A program made the translations under genes and the position numbers. 64,000 nt of DNA, from NCBI GenBank assembly GCA_009928785.1, contig SABY01000006.1:1930-65929 (forward strand). Direction: 5' to 3'. Shown piece by piece: positions 51,001 to 55,479 of this stretch. Each line of letters starts with the position of its first letter. The stretch's first letter is position 1. The stretch is from Clostridia bacterium (GTDB lineage: Bacteria > Bacteroidota > Bacteroidia > Bacteroidales > 4484-276). The notes beneath the pieces were generated by a model. It worked only from the letters and a program-made list of their open reading frames with translations, did no database searches and was not told where the DNA came from.

Positions 51001-52902
51001 CAAAGGCTGGGCAACATAGGCTTTAATTACCGGTACGACCAGCTCAACCGGCTTATTTCACAGGAAGGCTGGCAACTGAACAATGGCAGCATGGGATTGC
51101 TTGGACAGGCCTGGGCCGTGAATTTAAGCTACGGCCCCGACGGCAACATATTGGCCCTGAAACGCAACGGACACACCGGCAACACGGATATGGACGACCT
51201 TAGCTACCGCTACTATGCTGCCGACGGAAGCATATTTAATCCTGCGACAGGCGCCATACCCAAAAACGCCACCAACAGGCTGGCCGGTGTAAGCGATGCA
51301 GTGGCTGCCGGCTCTTACCCCGAAGCCAATTATACGTTTGGCACGGCAACCGACATCGACAACCAAACCACAAATGGCAATTATACCTACAACCCTATTG
51401 GGAACCTGATAAGCGATGTGGCCGAAGGGATTAGCGATATTAAATGGAACCTGCAAAACAAGATTAGCCAAATTGAAAAGAACGACGGCACTGTGCTTAG
51501 CTTTGAATACGATGCTTTGGGAAACCGTGTGATGAAAGCCGTTAAAAGCGCAAACACCGACCTAAAAACCTGGTATGTACGCGATGCACAGGGCAACACC
51601 ATTGCCGTTTATACCAAAAACGAACCTGCGCAGGCCGAACAAAAAGGATTGCGTTGGGCCGAAGCCCACATGTACGGAAGCAGCCGTTTGGGCTTGTATA
51701 AACCCGATATGGAGATGCCCTCCGCAACTACCGGAACGACCGTGGAACCCAATATGTACCCCACTGGTTTGTACGAACCCGGAAATGTACAAGCAGGGCA
51801 GGGAGATGTACAGCCATGGGAGGGAAACGCTACACAGGGCTTACTCACACCCCAAACAGCTACATCGCATACCCAGCCGGCAACAGGCACAAATTATAAA
51901 ACCACACGTGGCCACAGGCATTACGAGCTTAGCAACCACCTGGGCAATGTGCTGGCCACCCTAACCGACCGCAAACTGCCCGCTAAAGATAAGAACGGAA
52001 TTCTTTTTTATACAGCCGACCTAATCTCAGCACAGGATTATTATCCTTTCGGGATGTTGATGCCTGGCAGGTCATTCACTGGTTCTCAGGGCTATAGATA
52101 TGGGTTTGGTGGACAAGAAAAGGATAACGAAGTCAGCGGAAATGGAAATTCTTATACTGCCGAATATTGGCAATATGATGCTAGACTTGGTAGAAGGTGG
52201 AATAATGACCCGATTGTAAAAACATGGGAAAGTCCTTATGCTGCTTTTGGAAACAACCCTATTTATTATAACGACCCAAATGGAGATGATATTGATTGGG
52301 GAAAAGGTATGAAAGGATTTTTTAGAATGATTGGTACAAATATAAAATCTTGGTTTAACAAAGATTTAAGAGAAAACCTTAAAGAGTGGAGAAAACCAGG
52401 AACGATTTTCCACTTTGTTAAAAAGGCAGGAGAGCCAACTTTAGCTTCTGGTGGGAGAGCGGTTCCATGGAAAAAAACTGAAGGAAATACAAGTTTATAT
52501 TACTCTTCTCCTGGAGATGGATTGAGGAGTATTAGTTTTTCACTGCCTAATATGAAACTCCCGTCAATTAATTTGAATCTGCTTCAAGGTTGGGGAACTT
52601 TTTTTGCACCGAGGGGCAGCGGAATAGGAGGCTCCTATAATACTGCTCCACAGCACCTTTTTTCATGGGGCTTAGGTAATTACAAAAGATTTAATTCTCT
52701 TGGTTTCAGGAGACCTAGCTGGGGGTTTATGACGCCTGATGCTCGGATTGGAAGACCTGATAGAGGTTCGCTTTTTATGATTTCATGGAAAACTAAAAAA
52801 AATCCAAGAGTTTACAATTGGATTTCCATAGGTACTGCAATTCAAACAAAAGAAAGGATTATTAAATTTCATAAGGAGTTGCATTTTAAACGAAGAAGGT
52901 GA
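45082..52902 (+). CDS. RHS/YD-repeat protein with signal peptide, long Cys-rich N-terminal extension, RHS-associated core and a ~205-aa C-terminal tip of unknown function (candidate polymorphic toxin)
   Basis: Signal peptide MKKLKVILFFLAFIMAFYASA. YD repeats (YYYDQAGNLVKT, YDGLGRIAASQN, YTLYDMLGRMIESG, YSYDIAGNVYKI, YGYDAANRLIKV, YRYDQLNRLISQ, FEYDALGNRVMK). Core end YYPFGMLMPGRSF...YRYGFGGQEKDNE...YDARLGRRWNNDPI...NNPIYYNDPNGDD. The start lies 2 nt after the upstream stop. Confidence 0.88.
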   Translation: MKKLKVILFFLAFIMAFYASAREFPKVTHTMPGTTLLGFSKGDTLRMEVDIPNLNLAALNTVDRKTSYINTINLVLNNHSIVTEDVKVSISGSVLYQIITTANPQSGPVSLELDFKSGEATKSAISEAFVFSNAWKVELLITDVKFEGANGAGISAGLKQILASLLEVQVTFQEESFVKIDYNGVASNLIACHDTRTDEVVIAWDELTEAEFYELEYTFVDDYTSKLNIHRKPNTIPFNFRNNSTRVVLIDSYYRLPKLFERGYLLYRVRAVGRGGNNLQTPVYCMWTNNTNSGMVDSFLDKIFLSAHMDDQMNWQASTTFAEEGKRSDVVNYFDGTFRARQTVTGVNLGKKDPVFLFESQVATNMTEFPNPAVPTIVEPELIITVPWSPYNTGATPGTVDYTPATTISYSSVNCTNRGSNRIREVIAGETIYDYQGRSAVTILPVPTNSMKIRFFPKLNISDNSGKPYNWIDFDAPNNSCAAPAKLSSSLYGGIMGAAAYYSPNNPNKLGFNAFIPQSEGFPFSQVSYLQDNTGRITAQSGIGKTFQFGTGNNRETSFYYAAPNQAEIDMLFGTEVGEAIRYQKNAVRDPNGQVSVTYLNPAGQTIATALAGETPDNLLALDHQITNQINVSLIGKNIHDTDDKTMITEHQFLVTSDNSKYTFTYDILPETLSPSVCKTAYCMDCIYDISLSLNHVESCTSVPLFSYSGTIGQLLDNQNQIDLQCQNNTATGNYPRSFQKTLNVGTYNLTKKIQVNEQAALAYVNEIMKDTCMFEDLLAKELSAIDTMDCYRSCLNCDKPPVLTADCDPYYCEPDLNRCEIIRNMMLADVSPGGQYASYTRDINGNPTSGDEFSYFHGKFWSSNTPAQQINSSFSNFPGNADAKYLLDNWRPEYAEALLILHPEYCMLDWCSEEIKTTLDFDVLLQSTPYYSDAKKLGYVQTGLSPAYKLLLDNDPWFANGNNQSIKSALLAKLQHFPCPNNSPASPKLPIDELAMQLAYCASQNPPQGQLNISGGNPATVKMGKPQINQPSNAPCNVPPNYFATHTFGSDNALVDLEWYFLRSLYLSAKNDRIEESMKVHEHAQQPACVIRCIGAKKNYNHSFFGQLGSPCNFPSNLSLKDKVRRFNYGMSVYLNAMEEAGTPLDISKITNIDDACAISQAISEQAGTINDNFSEKYYPNDLCFDATECDTLLALLETMDQMLQELLANISGTIEYSNGNGLLPNEIIAAGIQKITAARNLAPKEIIFNVGDCMTITIPYLEIDTVKIAPASICCIKDLVCDESTGVCSFTLVVMYENGVQQSIAVLDACSYLFQSCINPGANGGVSRCFPTPVFHEIKDYLNCIFIYCIPEPQIDLLNCLPNGLKTYLGVQADSVDIVIDENYFDLTIFYISDIGDTIKCKISLIPVNPVSPKWAWESETIPNIECLEGPHSFCTANVILNNGNQASITSTCWELCENIPGGTATPPQSPANLNCGGGSLNEIKMYNAPHRPDPCVKALQTKAYANASHLYRQWADSVRADLLVRYYAKCMGATENINIAYDDKQYHYTLYYYDQAGNLVKTIPPAGVEILTNTAVAQVQASRAAAYNAAVLPGHFKQTVYHYNTLNSLVKQKTPDAGESAFLYDGLGRIAASQNARQKAVDAYSYTLYDMLGRMIESGEVKTLPGILASKVSDFAGWTTFITGQAQRSEITSTQYDTPYTTAISQKFGSGGQRNLRSRVATVMHFENSNKLQAKQYTHATHYSYDIAGNVYKIIQDYPNGVINDKVLVYDYDLQSGKVNSVSYQPGKADQFIHRYGYDAANRLIKVSTSANGLFWDTDAEYFYYRHGPLARLELGTDKVQGLDYFYTLQGFIKGVNGTSFNPETDMGRDGIIATPGQGGAQPAPQPVTINGQTFQVFNLSMMFGSSFKGPGYGAMHSAMARDSFGYVLDYFKEDYKPVSPNAFLNDLATTSGQVKYLYNGNIARMYTQLQRLGNIGFNYRYDQLNRLISQEGWQLNNGSMGLLGQAWAVNLSYGPDGNILALKRNGHTGNTDMDDLSYRYYAADGSIFNPATGAIPKNATNRLAGVSDAVAAGSYPEANYTFGTATDIDNQTTNGNYTYNPIGNLISDVAEGISDIKWNLQNKISQIEKNDGTVLSFEYDALGNRVMKAVKSANTDLKTWYVRDAQGNTIAVYTKNEPAQAEQKGLRWAEAHMYGSSRLGLYKPDMEMPSATTGTTVEPNMYPTGLYEPGNVQAGQGDVQPWEGNATQGLLTPQTATSHTQPATGTNYKTTRGHRHYELSNHLGNVLATLTDRKLPAKDKNGILFYTADLISAQDYYPFGMLMPGRSFTGSQGYRYGFGGQEKDNEVSGNGNSYTAEYWQYDARLGRRWNNDPIVKTWESPYAAFGNNPIYYNDPNGDDIDWGKGMKGFFRMIGTNIKSWFNKDLRENLKEWRKPGTIFHFVKKAGEPTLASGGRAVPWKKTEGNTSLYYSSPGDGLRSISFSLPNMKLPSINLNLLQGWGTFFAPRGSGIGGSYNTAPQHLFSWGLGNYKRFNSLGFRRPSWGFMTPDARIGRPDRGSLFMISWKTKKNPRVYNWISIGTAIQTKERIIKFHKELHFKRRR

Positions 52903-53068
52903 TTTGGTGGATGAAACAAAATCACATAATTATTATAAAAATGGTGTAACATTTTAATTGAATACAATAATCTGTAAATCCAGGCATATTATAAACTAAA
53001 GGAAAAAAACAAAAGAGATTGTATTGTATTTGAACTGTTATTTTGGTAAATTGTATAAATTTATTAGA

Positions 53069-53272
53069 ATGATAGTTATTGCTTTAGTACTGTCAATGTC
53101 GCTGTTAGAATATTCCTATTCTCAAGTAGATACGGTACAGACATTGTTGAACAACTCTTTCCCGTTGGACTCGCTTTTGATGAGTGATTTTAAATTCCCA
53201 GATAAAAAAAATTTATATGTTTGGTTGGGTGTTATCAGAAAGCAAATATGCTATGAATTCGGCAAAGAGTAA
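53069..53272 (+). CDS. Small exported hypothetical protein, candidate immunity protein
   Basis: 67 aa from the internal ATG, with signal-like MIVIALVLSMSLLEYSYSQ. It lies directly downstream of the RHS tip in the same AT-rich block. The support is position only. Confidence 0.35.
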   Translation: MIVIALVLSMSLLEYSYSQVDTVQTLLNNSFPLDSLLMSDFKFPDKKNLYVWLGVIRKQICYEFGKE

Positions 53273-53411
53273 TGCATCAAAAATGGAAAATAACGATGTA
53301 TGATTTTGAGTCAAAATTAGAATAAATTTAGTTGTTAATAAAAATTGTTTTTCCCCCGCCATCGCGGATTTGCAATCCACGCCAAAACGTCAATATAAAT
53401 GGAAGCAAATT

Positions 53412-53558
53412 ATGAAACGATATCGGCTTTTTGTAATAATCATTCTGTTTTTCCAATCGTGCGACCGTTGTGAAATTTTAAAGCTTGAGGGTGGGGTATT
53501 AATTTCAGATTTCAACAAAACACACAATGTTATTTATCAGAAACTTATAGAATCATGA
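53412..53558 (+). CDS. Small lipoprotein-like hypothetical ORF, second immunity candidate
   Basis: 48 aa from the internal ATG, MKRYRLFVIIILFFQSC with a lipobox-like Cys. Weak: it is short and lies in AT-rich sequence. Confidence 0.25.
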   Translation: MKRYRLFVIIILFFQSCDRCEILKLEGGVLISDFNKTHNVIYQKLIES

Positions 53559-53610
53559 ATAAACTCGCATCTCGTCCCATTTTATAAGCCTTTTTGCTGC
53601 TATGAAAAAT

Positions 53611-53818
53611 GAGATTTCTCCCTTCGGTAACAATGACAAGCAGGGATAGATTTCTCCCTCCGGCACTGGGCTGCGCCCGTGCCTTCAGTCGAAAAGACAG
53701 GGCTTTCATAGGGGGGTGGGGGAAGGGAAATCGGGCGCTCTGCGCCCGATTTCCCTTCCCCCTACTAATAACCAGACGGCTCTGTCATTTCGACGAGCGC
53801 AGCGATGGAGAAATCTAT
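53611..53818. mobile_element. MITE-like element, copy 1, with a perfect 21-bp-stem hairpin
   Basis: Ends GAGATTTCTCCC... and ...GGAGAAATCTAT are inverted. GGTAACAATGACA faces CTGTCATTTCGAC. Hairpin at 53718-53762: GGGGGAAGGGAAATCGGGCGC-TCT-GCGCCCGATTTCCCTTCCCCC. Confidence 0.6.
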
Positions 53819-54024
53819 TCTTTAAATGGTTTTCAAAAACTTGCCAATGGTAAGGAGCTCGCAGCTGTGAAATCTATTACAAAGAAAATGTTTTGACACC
53901 TCAGCTTGAGGATCCCTTCACCGTTCACACCCTAAAAGCTACCGTTTATGTAAGCACTTAATCCGTTCACACAATGGCTGGGTTTTTCGATTGGAAACAG
54001 TATAGTTTTACCTTTTTTTAAACC

Positions 54025-54123
54025 ATGAAAAATTTAAAAGCATTTCTGTTTCTTATCTTGTTGCTAATCATATCAGCAACATCGCAAGGCCAGGACAGCC
54101 CATCGCCTGTTCAGTTCCATGGT
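54025..54123 (+). pseudogene. 5' remnant of a paralog of the 55480 outer-membrane gene
   Basis: ATGAAAAATTTAAAAGCATTTCTG...GGCCAGGACAGCCCATCGCCTGTTCAGTTCCATGG parallels 55480-55578 (MKNL..GQDSP.PVQFHG). Similarity stops where REP-like sequence begins (~54124), and the frame closes at 54181-54183. Confidence 0.7.
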
Positions 54124-54406
54124 CCCGGCTGGCGCGGATTTTTAATCCGTGCCGGATATTTCCCTACCAGGTGGCATTTGTAATGCCGCTTAAAACAAAG
54201 CCTAAATTGTATATGGCAAAGGAAACTGCAAAGGCCAAAAGAGCATACACACTTTAGGTTTCGGCATCCTCTTGCCGGTGTTTTCGGTATCGCCGGCTGC
54301 ACAGGAGCTAAAGTTTCATGGCACCCCCGCCCGCCGGGCAAATTGCCAACATGCAGGGTTGTAGGCAGGAGTTGGTGGCAGAGTTTTTCAGGAACTGCCA
54401 GGCGGG

Positions 54407-54476
54407 GTTCGCAGAACCCAAACCTGACAGTGTTCGCAGAACCCAAACCTGACAGTGTTCGCAGAACCTGTCAGCG
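54407..54476. repeat. 25-bp tandem repeat, 2 exact copies plus a partial one
   Basis: GTTCGCAGAACCCAAACCTGACAGT at 54407-54431 and 54432-54456. Partial copy GTTCGCAGAACCTGTCAGCG at 54457-54476. Confidence 0.9.
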
Positions 54477-54528
54477 TTTACCAGGATGAATTTTTTACCG
54501 GATATTTATCAGATGAACAGACACAGTC

Positions 54529-54552
54529 AGGTCTTGCAGACACTGACAGGTC
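54529..54552. repeat. REP-like unit flanking the RayT-like gene (left)
   Basis: AGGTCTTGCAGACACTGACAGGTC. It is near-identical to 55233-55256 and in the same orientation. Confidence 0.7.
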
Positions 54553-54583
54553 AGACAGGTCGGTCGGGTCAGGTGTTCACGGT

Positions 54584-55180
54584 TTAATCCCCCTTTTTAT
54601 GATATTCGATAAATTCCGCCTTCGAGTTAAACCATCCCAAAACTTTTTCGCGCTGCAGGCAGGTTGGTTTTACTGAGATAATCGTCAGATATGAGGTCCA
54701 GGGATAGTCGATCAGATTTTCGACGAAACCATGTTTAACAGGATTGTTATGAATATAAAACACTACTTGTTTGAAATATTGCTCATCGGTAATCTTGATT
54801 CTACGGAAAGGGGTTTCAAACAGTGCACCGGTTCTTTCATACCTGAAGTTGAACGCTTTGGCATAAGCATCAAAAAGATGGGCAAACTGGCGTGACGGAT
54901 TGTATTTTTTCTTTTCAGGGTAAATCCGTTTATCTCCCTCTTTCGGCTTCATATACTGGATTTCATCCTCCGCCAGAATGCGAACAAGCAAATGGAAATG
55001 ATTTTTCATCAGGCACCAGGCAAATGTGTCGGCAATATGTACGATGTATTCATCATAAAGCCTTAGGAAGCGCAAATAATCATCCTCCCGGCGAAAGATA
55101 TCGGCGCCATTTATCCCACGATTGTAAATGTGGTAGTATGCATCGTATTCGACAGGTTTTGTTGTATTCAATGGTAACAA
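54584..55180 (-). CDS. IS200/IS605-superfamily Y1 (HUH) transposase-like protein, RayT/REP-associated type
   Basis: YHIYNRG..., HUH motif NHFHLLV, and a Tyr region FYIHNNPVKHG. Its ~198 aa size fits, and it is flanked by REP-like units. Confidence 0.7.
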   Translation of the reverse strand: MLPLNTTKPVEYDAYYHIYNRGINGADIFRREDDYLRFLRLYDEYIVHIADTFAWCLMKNHFHLLVRILAEDEIQYMKPKEGDKRIYPEKKKYNPSRQFAHLFDAYAKAFNFRYERTGALFETPFRRIKITDEQYFKQVVFYIHNNPVKHGFVENLIDYPWTSYLTIISVKPTCLQREKVLGWFNSKAEFIEYHKKGD

Positions 55181-55232
55181 TGTTTTTTCAAAAGTAGTTT
55201 ATTTTTTTATTTCTCTTTTCTTTGACACTGTT

Positions 55233-55256
55233 AGGTCTTGCAGTCCCTGACAGGTC
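55233..55256. repeat. REP-like unit flanking the RayT-like gene (right)
   Basis: AGGTCTTGCAGTCCCTGACAGGTC, which differs from the 54529 unit only in the central 3 nt. Confidence 0.7.
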
Positions 55257-55270
55257 TCATAGGTATCCAT

Positions 55271-55314
55271 GTTTTCACCCATGTGGGTGGTTTTACAGCC
55301 GGTTTTCACCCACC
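55271..55314. promoter_or_regulatory. Degenerate third copy of the TTTTCACCCA operator motif
   Basis: GTTTTCACCCA-TG-TGGGTGGTTTTAC at 55271-55296, plus GGTTTTCACCCACC at 55301-55314. It sits 166-209 nt upstream of the 55480 ATG. Confidence 0.5.
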
Positions 55315-55479
55315 ATGGTTTAATAATAATTAACTGAATTTTTTTCAAGAAATATGTTTTATTTTTAAATTACATCATATCAATCCTTTACAAAATCAAA
55401 AGACCATTATTATCCCTCAAAACAAAACAAGGCACACCCTTTGACTTATAGGTATTTGTAACCTATAAATGCAAGGAAA

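Noticed and set aside
39041-52902. A classical Tc (ABC) insecticidal toxin complex.
   Set aside because: No TcA-like gene (a ~2500-aa channel subunit with a VRP1-type N-terminus) is recognisable. Both large proteins carry Sec signal peptides, which Tc subunits lack. Only the SpvB-N-like motif and the RHS core are shared.
45082-52902. A T6SS-delivered Rhs effector.
   Set aside because: The protein has an N-terminal signal peptide instead of a PAAR or adaptor domain. No VgrG, Hcp or Tss genes occur within 64 kb. This cannot be excluded for the rest of the genome.
53609-53896. 95-aa ORF (MRFLPSVTMTSRDRFLPP...).
   Set aside because: It is a read-through translation of the MITE-like element and its 21-bp hairpin. 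The sequence is low-complexity and has no start context.
54111-54446. 111-aa minus-strand ORF.
   Set aside because: It is composed of REP-like units and the 25-bp tandem repeat, and it overlaps the truncated gene remnant. It is not a credible gene.
54407-54476. Possible CRISPR array.
   Set aside because: There are only 2.6 directly abutting repeat units with no spacers, and no cas genes appear in the window.
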